NCBI GenBank assembly: GCA_046089985.1 | Contig: JBJSYW010000533.1 | Location: forward strand, 1-33,593 | Length of the DNA stretch: 33,593 bases | Direction of reading: 5' to 3' | Source: Chloroflexota bacterium | Lineage (GTDB): Bacteria > Chloroflexota > Anaerolineae > Anaerolineales > UBA4823 | Shown: positions 23,650 through 32,400 of the stretch, one piece after another | Position numbering within the stretch: position 1 is the first letter of the stretch | How the letters are laid out: the number at the start of each line of letters is the position of its first letter | The notes under the pieces: model-generated | What the model saw: only the letters and a program-made list of their open reading frames with translations | Database searches by the model: none | What the model was told of the DNA's origin: nothing | Program-made: the position numbers and the translations under genes

Positions 23650-25356
23650 TTATCCTTCAACATCATCGCCGTCATCCTCATATACCTTATCATGGTAGAT
23701 CTCCAGCAGGTTCAGGATGCGGTCGCGCTCGCGGGCGATTTCGGCTTTCTGCTTCTGCAGCTGCAGCTGCTGCATGCGGCGGAAGATATCCTGCTGCACC
23801 CGGGCCGGTTGGTACACCCCGTCGAAGGTCAGCTTGGCGTCGCCCACGTTTACCATCACGTTCCCAAAATTGAACAGGTAGCCGATAAAACCCCGGCGTT
23901 CGTGGTTCAGGCTGATCACCCGGTCCAGCGGAGCGGAAGTGCGGTTCTCAGTGCCCAGCGGCTTGCGCTCGATGTCGTAAATGCTGTCCTTGGTGATCTG
24001 GTAAATATCGTTCGACCAATCCAAATAATTATACATCCACCATACGAATACCGGAATGCTCACCACCAGCGACAGGCCGTCGATCACCGCCAGCATATCG
24101 GCCGCCAGGCTGCCGTTGAAGTACAGCACCAGGCTGACCACGAACAGTCCAAACAGCGTCAGCAGCACCACCCCCGGTCGCAAGGTCTTCCCCAGCAGCA
24201 CCAGCCAGTGCTTGCGGTAGGTAATTACATCGCCCACTTCGGTGCGCATGCGGAACCAGTTGCCAAAGTAGCGCTCGCCGAAGCCCAGTTCCTCGGCTTC
24301 ACCGGGACGGGTCTCCTGGCGGCGCGTCTGGCGGCGGCTGGCTGCCGCGGCAGCCAGCGGCGGCGGCGGGCCAGACGGCTCGCGCTTCAGGATCTTCAGC
24401 ACCTCGCGCTCGGTTTCCGACTTCTGCGCCTCCACCGCCAGGCGCTGGTGGCGCCGCCAGAACTCACGGATCACCGCGTCCATCTGGTACGGGTCGCTCA
24501 CCAGGCGCAGCGGCACTTCGCCGGTATAGGTGGTGACGACGATATCGCCATACCCCAGCCAGCGCCCCACCAGGCTGGTCAGGATCTTGGTGCCGCGCAC
24601 CTGGTCCAGCGGTGCTTCCACCTGGCTCTCGTACAACCACAGCACCCGTTCGATCCACACCACGCGCTGGTTGGTGACGATGTAATAATCGTTGCCCCAG
24701 TCGATCCAGTTCCACAGCCCCCAGGCGGCAGCGCTGAACGCTAACAGGCTGCCCACGATCAGCGCGCCGGTCTGCAGCGGGCCGGTTAATACCGCCCACA
24801 GTGTAAACGTCACGATCAGCCCCCCCAGCAGCAGCAGCAGGAACGGCAGGACCAGCGTCAGCAGCAGGTAGGCCGGGTGCTTGCGGCGCACCTGGTAGAC
24901 GGTCTCGTTCTCGTTCAGCCAGCTGAACGGGTAGCGGCGGATGAACTGGCGGCTGTAGATAATCCAGTTCAGGTAATTGCCCACGTGGGGGAACTCGGCC
25001 AGCAGCTTGTGGAAGGCCTGTTTCTCCGAAACGAGGAGGGTCACCTCACCATTTGCCCGAGCGGTTGCTGCCCGGGGACGGTGAAGGATCAGGCCCTCCT
25101 CGCCGAAGTAATCGCCCGTGGTGAGCATATCCAACTGGCGGTCTTCATTTTTCAATCGGGTGCTAAAAATGACATCGCCCTGTTGGATGATATAGAAGGC
25201 ATCGGCCGGGCCGCCCTGCTCACAGATCAGCTGCCCGGGTTGGTAGACCACCTCTTTGAAAAAACCGGCGGCCCTGGACAGCTGCGCTTCATCCATCCCT
25301 GAAAAGAGGTGGATCTCCTTAAAGAGTGGAATGGCCCGCGCGCGTTCGACCCTCAT
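23650..25356 (-). CDS. Cyclic-nucleotide-binding domain protein fused to two membrane-anchored bPH_2 (YdbT/YdbS-like) modules
   Basis: 568 aa. The N-terminal cNMP-binding fold is 'LFSGMDEAQL...GGPADAFYIIQQGDV...GDYFGEEGLI...RAATARA'. Two TM hairpins follow, each trailed by a PH-like segment: 'YYIVTNQRVVWIERV...GDIVVTT' and 'IYQITKDSIYDIERKP...GNVMVNVG'. Confidence 0.75.
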   Translation of the reverse strand: MRVERARAIPLFKEIHLFSGMDEAQLSRAAGFFKEVVYQPGQLICEQGGPADAFYIIQQGDVIFSTRLKNEDRQLDMLTTGDYFGEEGLILHRPRAATARANGEVTLLVSEKQAFHKLLAEFPHVGNYLNWIIYSRQFIRRYPFSWLNENETVYQVRRKHPAYLLLTLVLPFLLLLLGGLIVTFTLWAVLTGPLQTGALIVGSLLAFSAAAWGLWNWIDWGNDYYIVTNQRVVWIERVLWLYESQVEAPLDQVRGTKILTSLVGRWLGYGDIVVTTYTGEVPLRLVSDPYQMDAVIREFWRRHQRLAVEAQKSETEREVLKILKREPSGPPPPLAAAAASRRQTRRQETRPGEAEELGFGERYFGNWFRMRTEVGDVITYRKHWLVLLGKTLRPGVVLLTLFGLFVVSLVLYFNGSLAADMLAVIDGLSLVVSIPVFVWWMYNYLDWSNDIYQITKDSIYDIERKPLGTENRTSAPLDRVISLNHERRGFIGYLFNFGNVMVNVGDAKLTFDGVYQPARVQQDIFRRMQQLQLQKQKAEIARERDRILNLLEIYHDKVYEDDGDDVEG

Positions 25357-25366
25357 GCATCCCGCA

Positions 25367-25987
25367 TCAGGCGGTGCGCAGCTTGCGCGCCAGGAAGATC
25401 ACCGCTGCCAGCAGCACAGCCAGGCCCAGCATCACCGGCAGGCCCACTTCATCGGCAAAGCCGGTCTGGGGCATGGCAGTGGGTTGGACGGCGCCGCGCG
25501 CCGTCGCCGTCATGGCGTTCATTGTCACGATCGCTTCCAATGTGACATAGCGCGCCGTGGCTGTGGCGTCATCCGGCGAGATCGGCGCCCCGCCGCTGTC
25601 TGGCGCGGCCGCCGCCGGGGCGGAGGGCTGCGCCACAACCGGGGTGGGGGTCAGCGTGATGGTGGGCGTGGGCGGGACCGGGGTGTTGGTGGGGGTAGCC
25701 GTATAGGCCGCCACAATCGCCGTCTCGGCCGCGGAGGTGGAGGTCTGCTGCACAATCGCTTCTACTTCGGTCTGCTGAGCATCCAGGGTGGCCTGGCGGG
25801 CAACGGTACCGGCGCGCGAGCGCGGCAGCAGCACCAGGGCATACACAGCGATGCACACCAGCGCCAGCAGGGCAATGCCGCCCAGGGCCGCCGCAATAAT
25901 CAAGAAGGTGCGGTTGCTCGATTCTTCCACCGGCGGCGGCGCATCTTGGTTCAGGGTGTCATCCAGGTCCAGGTTTTCGAAACTCAT
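25367..25987 (-). CDS. Pro/Thr-rich exported protein with N-terminal anchor helix and C-terminal sortase-type sorting signal (MPQTG + TM + RKLR)
   Basis: 206 aa. It has an acidic N-terminus, a helix 'FLIIAAALGGIALLALVCIAVYALVLL' and a 'TPTNTPVPPTPTITLTPTP' linker. The C-terminus reads 'MPQTG' (25460-25474), then a hydrophobic stretch of about 24 aa, then 'RKLRTA'. A GAGGAG SD precedes the ATG. Confidence 0.7.
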   Translation of the reverse strand: MSFENLDLDDTLNQDAPPPVEESSNRTFLIIAAALGGIALLALVCIAVYALVLLPRSRAGTVARQATLDAQQTEVEAIVQQTSTSAAETAIVAAYTATPTNTPVPPTPTITLTPTPVVAQPSAPAAAAPDSGGAPISPDDATATARYVTLEAIVTMNAMTATARGAVQPTAMPQTGFADEVGLPVMLGLAVLLAAVIFLARKLRTA

Positions 25988-26004
25988 AGCATTCTCCTCT
26001 TCGA

Positions 26005-27057
26005 CTATGCGATCACTTCAAGGTTCGCCAGCGGAATAATCGCCTTTGCGCCGTTTTCCAGGCGCACTTCGGCAGCCGGGGCGCGCAGCCCGCCAGGGAA
26101 AACCACCGATCCCTTCATGGCAGTGAGGACACCGGCGGCCCCGGCGTAGGGCGCCCGGCGGATGCGCACCGCCTGGTCCAGCGCAAACTGGACCGATTCA
26201 GGCGGGGGGGTGACCAAACCGGAAGGCGGCATGGGGATGACCACCTCCGGACGAACGCCGCTGTAAGCGTTCCAGGCATCGGCGTTCAATGCCAGTTCGC
26301 GGCGGTCGCTGCTGATCAGCAGCTTGAAGGCGGCCGGGTGATAGGCCCGCCGGCCAAAGCCTTCCAGCACAATCACCGGGATGTTCAGGCGCTGCAGCTG
26401 CGGCGCCAGCGCGGCGCTCACGCCGGAGAAGATCAGCCCGCGCAGCGGCAGCTCGTCGGCCGTCTTGAGCGCTTCTGCGCTGGCGCCGTACCCCGCCAGC
26501 ACGATCGAGCCGCGCATGCTCACATCCAGGTCGGAAGGCTGCAGTTCGTGCTCGGGCTGGCGGGCTACGCAGGTCAGCACGCCGAAGTCGAGCCGGCCGT
26601 TGCCCCATACGCCTTGGATCAGCGCCCCCGTGCCTTCGACTACTGCGCCGCGCTCGGGCACCAGATCCACCACTTCGCCCGGCAGCCCGGCCTTGATCTG
26701 CAGCGGTTTGCTGAGCGTTTCCAGCAGCACCTGGCCGTTGCCAGCCAGCATCACCCGCCCGTCACGCGGGCAGCGGATCACCCGTTTGAAGATCCCCACC
26801 GGGCCGGCCAGGATGTCTTTCTCAGCCAGCTGATCGCCTTCGTGCACCTTCAGGTGCTTATCGGCTTTCTCGGCCGGCAGCCCCAGGCCGCGGGCGATGT
26901 CCACCAACAGGTAATCGGCGTTGGCGGTTGTCTCGGCCAGCACATCGCTCGGGCCGACCTTCTGCCCGGCGCGCACCAGCACTTTGCCGGGCGCCGGCAG
27001 CAGCCGGGTGCGGCGGATGGTGGTCAGCGGCAAGATATGGGTCACCGGCGCTAGCAT
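26005..27057 (-). CDS. Hypothetical protein with barrel-sandwich-hybrid-like N-terminus and KOW-like C-terminus
   Basis: 350 aa and soluble. 'GKVLVRAGQKVGPSDVLAE' resembles lipoyl/biotinyl-type hybrid barrels. C-terminal 'VRIRRAPYAGAAGVLTAMKG...VRLENGAKAIIPLANLEVI' resembles a KOW motif. A GGGAGG SD precedes the ATG. A 1-nt gap separates it from the upstream stop. I recognise no family. Confidence 0.65.
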   Translation of the reverse strand: MLAPVTHILPLTTIRRTRLLPAPGKVLVRAGQKVGPSDVLAETTANADYLLVDIARGLGLPAEKADKHLKVHEGDQLAEKDILAGPVGIFKRVIRCPRDGRVMLAGNGQVLLETLSKPLQIKAGLPGEVVDLVPERGAVVEGTGALIQGVWGNGRLDFGVLTCVARQPEHELQPSDLDVSMRGSIVLAGYGASAEALKTADELPLRGLIFSGVSAALAPQLQRLNIPVIVLEGFGRRAYHPAAFKLLISSDRRELALNADAWNAYSGVRPEVVIPMPPSGLVTPPPESVQFALDQAVRIRRAPYAGAAGVLTAMKGSVVFPGGLRAPAAEVRLENGAKAIIPLANLEVIA

Positions 27058-27058
27058 G

Positions 27059-28810
27059 CTACTGGCCTCCCAGGTTCCACAACCATTTTTTATACAGCTC
27101 GGCCCTGCGCCCCCGGTCGGCCGGCAGGTTCAGTGGGCGGCCGCGGGCGTCGATAATCACCCCCAGCACGCCGCCCATCACGCGCAAACCGCCGCCGCGC
27201 CCCGGCGCGCCCATGCCAATATCGGCGCGGTGCAGCGGCTGCAGCTGCAGCTTCGCCATCTGCCCAGCCGGCAGCGGCAGCATCTCCAGGCTGCCCTGCT
27301 TGACCTCCAGCGAGGCTTCGTATCCGCTCTCATAGACGATCTTCAACCGCAGCACCGGCTCACCGCTGCGCACGCGCGCCAGCGGCGCAATCACCGTGCC
27401 GATATGCAGCAGCGAATTGGAATCGAGCACCTGCACCACCAGGGTGGGGTTTTGCGCCGCAGCCGCCCCCAACGCCGATACCATGTTGTGCTGGTCCAGC
27501 ACCATCGTGGTGATCCCGGTCGGCTGGATTCCATCCAGCATCATCAGCGTGCTGTGAGCCACGTTGGGCGCGCCCGCCAGCACCCCGCCGGCGGCGATGA
27601 TCGGCTCGAAGGCCGGCAGCAGCCCGGTTGCCAGCGGTTGGGCGGCCGCCGGGAAACCCGGGGCGGCCGCTTTCAGGGCGCTACGCATCAGATAGCGCGC
27701 CAGCGCCTGCTCGATCGCCATCTCTTCCGCCGTAGCCGGCAGGCTGTCGGGCAGCAGGGCTTTGTTGTACAGGTAGTCGCGCAGGTCGTCAAGCGGCATA
27801 TCCAATGCCAGCCAGCTGGAGATCGCCTCCAGCGCGCCGGGGTCGCTCTCATACACCGGACTGCCCATCCCATACTGTGGAAAAACGTTTAACGACAGGC
27901 TGCCGTCATACGCCGCCGCCACGCTGATCGCCCCCGCGCCCAGGTCGATCCCCAGGACACCTTTACGGGTGGCGTGGGTCTTGCTCTGGATGCGCACGAT
28001 GCGCCCAAAGGCGCTGGCGGTGGGCAGCAGCCCGCCGCCGGCCCAGCGGTTCAACTCGTCCACCCCGGGGATCTGCTTCGCTCGCACCTGAGTGTACATG
28101 CGCGCCATCTCGGCTCGTGCGCCTTCGATCTGCTCGGTCTCCAGATCGGGCCGCAGGTTGGGGGCAAAATGCAGGTTGGTGACCGGGCCCAGGCTCTCCT
28201 GGATTTCGTCTTTGAGGCTATCGTTGCCAGCGAACAGCAGTTCCGGACGGCCGCTGCTGCCGGTCAGATAGCCGTACAGGCCAACCGCCTCCAGCATCTG
28301 GATCACCGACTGCGACGCGCCGCCCTGCGTCCCGCCCGCGGCGATGATCAGGTCCGGGCGTTGGCGCAGCAGCAGGTTAATGCGCGTGTCGGTGCGCCGG
28401 CGGTCATTCAGGCTGAACGCCCCCTGCACGTTAGCATACGTGGAGGCCGCCAGCCGCCGGGCGCTTTCCAGGCTGATATCTTCCAGCAGGCCCACCACCA
28501 CCACCTTGAGCGGCTCGCCGGCCGAGAGCGTGGCGGCGAAACGGTCAATTCCCGAGCCGTCTGGTGCGGAAGGGATGATCAACTGCTCATCCGCGCCGAT
28601 CAGCGTGCGTCCGGTGATCGTCTGCAAGCGGTCCAGCGCCAGCCGCACGCCTTCGCCAACATTATTGAAGGGAGCTTTAGCGGTGGACGGCGCCGTGCCG
28701 GAGGCCACAAAGCGGTAACGCCCCTCGACCACATCAAAGAGCACCGCGCGGGTGTTCACCGTGCCGACATCTACAACCAGGAAGGAATCTGCATCGAGCA
28801 ACGAAGTCAT
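27059..28810 (-). CDS. GlmL/'glutamate mutase L'-type ASKHA-superfamily (actin/Hsp70-fold) ATPase with C-terminal extension
   Basis: 583 aa. Phosphate-1 motif 'FLVVDVGTVNTRAVLFD', 'GEPLKVVVVGLLEDISLESARRLA', 'PDLIIAAGGTQGGASQSV', 'LLFAGNDSLKDEI', and a second-lobe motif 'VLGIDLGAGAISVAAA'. The order matches GlmL-family proteins as I recall them. The C-terminal roughly 120 aa ends in 'GVIIDARGRPLNL'. Confidence 0.7.
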   Translation of the reverse strand: MTSLLDADSFLVVDVGTVNTRAVLFDVVEGRYRFVASGTAPSTAKAPFNNVGEGVRLALDRLQTITGRTLIGADEQLIIPSAPDGSGIDRFAATLSAGEPLKVVVVGLLEDISLESARRLAASTYANVQGAFSLNDRRRTDTRINLLLRQRPDLIIAAGGTQGGASQSVIQMLEAVGLYGYLTGSSGRPELLFAGNDSLKDEIQESLGPVTNLHFAPNLRPDLETEQIEGARAEMARMYTQVRAKQIPGVDELNRWAGGGLLPTASAFGRIVRIQSKTHATRKGVLGIDLGAGAISVAAAYDGSLSLNVFPQYGMGSPVYESDPGALEAISSWLALDMPLDDLRDYLYNKALLPDSLPATAEEMAIEQALARYLMRSALKAAAPGFPAAAQPLATGLLPAFEPIIAAGGVLAGAPNVAHSTLMMLDGIQPTGITTMVLDQHNMVSALGAAAAQNPTLVVQVLDSNSLLHIGTVIAPLARVRSGEPVLRLKIVYESGYEASLEVKQGSLEMLPLPAGQMAKLQLQPLHRADIGMGAPGRGGGLRVMGGVLGVIIDARGRPLNLPADRGRRAELYKKWLWNLGGQ

Positions 28811-28811
28811 A

Positions 28812-29486
28812 TCAGGCCGCCGGTGTAATCAAGACCAGGATCAGGTGGATGATCGCATCCCAGCGCTCGATCAGCGCTGCCAGCGCCGCCGCGTACACCC
28901 CGGCGAAGATCGTCCCCAGCGTGACCGCGATGAAGACCTGCCCGGTGGCAGACACGCCGCGCAGCAGCAGGCCGGGCGAGCCGGCGCTGAGGCGTGGGCT
29001 GAGGTTGAACTGGAAATACGCCAGCGTCGCAAGGGTGCCGGCCAGGATCACCAACCCGTTGAGCACGGTCAGCGCGTCGCTGCGGTCAATCTGCTGGATG
29101 CCGGCGCGCACCTGGGGCAGCAGCGTGCCCAGCACAGCGCCGCCGATCAGCGCCGCCGCGCCCACGCCGACCAGGAAGGCCATCACCGGGCTGCCCAGCC
29201 CCGCCAGCCGGGTGGTGGCCTTGCTGAGCAGCAGCAGCGCTCCCAGCAGCGGCACAGCCGCCAGCAGCATCTGGTCGGGCATACCTGATAGGAACGGCAG
29301 CACCAGCCGCGGCACGATCAGATTGGTGATCACCACCGCCGCCGTGTAACCGGCGGCGACCCCGATGAAGATATGGATCGCGGTGCGGAACAGCACGTTG
29401 TCGCCAAATAGATAGCTAAACACCATCAGGGTGAGCAAGAAACCCACCAATCCGCCCAGCAGCGTGCTCAGGTCGATTCCGTTCAT
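28812..29486 (-). CDS. Polytopic integral membrane protein, uncharacterised
   Basis: 224 aa with about 6 hydrophobic helices (for example 'LLGGLVGFLLTLMVFSYLF' and 'IHIFIGVAAGYTAAVVITNLIV'). It has an ATGA overlap with the upstream gene and a 1-nt gap to the downstream gene. Confidence 0.7.
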   Translation of the reverse strand: MNGIDLSTLLGGLVGFLLTLMVFSYLFGDNVLFRTAIHIFIGVAAGYTAAVVITNLIVPRLVLPFLSGMPDQMLLAAVPLLGALLLLSKATTRLAGLGSPVMAFLVGVGAAALIGGAVLGTLLPQVRAGIQQIDRSDALTVLNGLVILAGTLATLAYFQFNLSPRLSAGSPGLLLRGVSATGQVFIAVTLGTIFAGVYAAALAALIERWDAIIHLILVLITPAA

Positions 29487-32400
29487 GATTTCGCCTCACC
29501 CTGGCTGCCCGCCGCCGGGCGATCCGCCGGGCGGGAGGCCTTGCGGTTCGCGTTCCAACGGCTGATCAGGTTGAACAGGATGCCCACCAGCATCAAGACG
29601 CCGGCCACCAGCATGCCGACGGTATAGGCCGGCCAGTAGCGGGTGCCGGCGCCAGCTTGCACGGTGGCCCATTCCAGGGCCGCTGCACCGTACAGCCCGC
29701 TGACCAGCCCCTGCACCTGCCCGGCGTCATAATACGGGCGCACCATCGGCTCGGCCTGGGCGCTGCTCACCACCACCAGCGGCAGCGACCCCGCCAGCGG
29801 GCGGTGCACCTGCTCGATCCAACTGCGCGCCGTTTCAGGGTCATCCACCGCAACGATCAACAGCTTGAAGCCCGCCAGCCCGCCGGGCTGGCGCAGCCCG
29901 GCCTGGGTCTGCCAGACCGGTTCGCCATTCACATCCAACGGCAGCACTGCCGCCGGGCAGACGGCAAACGCCAGCAGGCCGGAAGCGCCGCCGGGGACCA
30001 GCCCCAGGTTGGTATAATCCTGCGGCGACTGCCATGCCGGCCCCTGGGCCTGCCGCGAAACGGCCAGCAAATGCTCGGCCTGCAGCGGCCCGGTGGGCAG
30101 CGTGGAGACCATCGCCAGATAGGCCTGGCGCTCAGACAGCTGCCGCAGCACAACCTGCATGATTGGGTCCAGTTCGCCCGAGTACCCCGGCTGATAATCG
30201 ACCGCCAACAGCACCGGCGATTGGGGCGGCACGCTGCGCAGCAGTTCCAGCGCCGTCGCCACTTCCGGCGCCATCGCCGGAGCAGCCGCCGGCGGATAGC
30301 CAGTGAACAACGACAGCGCCACCGGCAGGATCAACAGGAAAGCCATCGCCAGGCGCAGCACGCCCAGCGAGGTGATCGCCGGTTTGCCGGGCGGCGGCGG
30401 GTTCTGCCCTTCCTGCGCCACCAGCTGGCCAAGCAGTTCGGCCTGCGTGCGATGCAGATCGGAAACAACCAACCGTCCGGTATAAGCCGGCGGACGAGTG
30501 GCCTGCGAGATATCCGGCTCGGCGCGCAGCGCGCCGCGCAGCCCAGCCAGCGGGCCGGCCCCAGCCACACCCTCACTCTCATCGGCGGCGGCAGCCGCCG
30601 CGCCCACCGCCCCCACCGGGCGCATCGCCTGCAGCCAACCGGGCAGTTCAGAGGGCGCCAGGTCGGCAGGGGCGGCAGCCGCCAGCCCGGCTTCGTCCGG
30701 CTCCTGCGCCACCCAGGTCGGCAGGCCCACATCGGCAGCGGGCAGTTCAGCCACCCGATCGCCCGAGGCGCTGTCGCCGGCTTCACCGTCCTCCGGCTGC
30801 ACCTGCTCCAGCCAGCTCAGGTCGCCTTCGCCCAGTGCGCTGCCATCGGCAGCCGTGGAGAAACCGGGCGTGGCGCCGGCAATTGCCGCCATCCAGTCTG
30901 GCATGCCCGGCTGGGCCGCCGGCTCCAGGGCAGCCCCATGATCAGGCTGGACCAACCAATCTGGGGTCTCAAACAGCTCTGCTGCGCCGGAAGGTTCGCC
31001 CGCCCCCAGGCCGGCGTCTGCGGCAGGCTCGCCGGCCGCGCCGGGGGTCTCGGCCGCCTCGTCAGCCGCGCTGCTGAGCCAATCCAGTTCTTCATCACCC
31101 GGCCAGGCGGCGTCGCCGCCGGCGCTCAGCCAATCCGGCACTTCACCGGCTGCGGTTGAAGAGGCCGGAGCCGCGCCCGGCGCAGCGCGGTCTGCTGCGG
31201 CGCTATCTGGAGCCGCCGGGGAAGCCGCCGCACCGGCAGACGGCGTCAGCCAGTCAGACAGCGCTTCGTCACCCGCCGCGGCCATCCAGTCCGGCAGTTC
31301 GGTCGCCTGAGCCGGGGCTTCTGCCTGCGGCGCGGCCGGGAAGACCTCCGCTCCTGCGGCGGCGCCCGCCGGGCTGAGCCAGTCGGGCAGGCCGCCTGGG
31401 GCGCTCGCCTCAGCAGGCGCCATCCAATCGGGCAGTTCACCCGGGGCACTCTCATCCGTAGACGCCATCCAATCGGGCAGTTCGGCCGGGGCGCTTTCTC
31501 CAGCACCCGTCATCCAGTCCGGCAGTTCGGCCGGGGCGCTTGCATTGGCAGACGCCATCCAATCGGGCAGATCAGCCTGCCCCGGGGTGGGTGGAGCCGC
31601 CGGCTCCGGTTTCAGCCAATCCGGCGTATCGTCCGCCAGGTGCGCATCTCCGCTTCCCGACAACCAGTCCGGCAGATCAGCCTGGGCCGGCGGGTTCAGC
31701 CAATCCGGCAGATCGCCGGACGGCTGCGCCGGCTGTGCCGACGGGAAGACCTCCGCCCCCAAGGATGGGGTATCGGTACTCGATGCGCTCATACTCGCAG
31801 CGCCGGCGCTGAGCCAGTCCGGCAGACCGCCGGACGGTGGGGCTTCATTGGCGGAAGACATCCAGTCCGGCAGTTCATCAGCCGGCTGGGCCTCACTGGC
31901 AGACGCCATCCAGTCCGGCGCTGCCGGGCCGGGCTGTGGCGCCGCCGCTCCCGGCTCCGGCTTGAGCCAGTCGGGCAGGTCATCGGCGGCCGGGGTGCTG
32001 TTCAGCCAGTCGGGCAGGCCGCTGTCTGCCGCATCAGGGATCGGCTGTGACAGGAAATCAGCCTCGCCATTGGCAGCCTGGCCTGGCTTATCAGACGCCG
32101 GCTCCTGCCCGCCAATGCGCGACAGCCAATCCCCGGCCGCGCTGTCTTCATACTCGCCGCTCGCCGGGCTGTCCCACTCCTCGGCAGATCCGGGGGCGTC
32201 TCCCAGGATTTCATCCAGCCAATCTCGCCCGCCGCCCGCCGGAGCGTCCGAGGCGGCGTCCTGAGCGGGGACGTTCTCAGCCGGCAGTTCCGGCTCGGAG
32301 CGCAGCCCGCTCAACCAATCCGGCAGCCCATCCTGCGCTCCCGGCGCAGCTGAGCCGGGCTTACCCGGCGGCTGGTTGTCCGGCTGGCGCAGATCGCTCA

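Noticed and set aside
22093-24744. 343-aa (22093-23124) and 487-aa (23281-24744) plus-strand ORFs.
   Set aside because: They are antisense to recF, def and the cNMP/bPH_2 gene, all of which have strong family motifs. Their composition is typical of GC-rich antisense frames.
29657-31159. 500-aa plus-strand ORF, plus several 60-240-aa ORFs in other frames of the giant gene region.
   Set aside because: They are antisense or out of frame relative to the 1026-aa ORF. That ORF's frame carries the Zn ribbon, the 26 recurring PDW[LM] motifs and clean TM helices. The alternative frames translate to Arg/Pro/Gly-rich noise.
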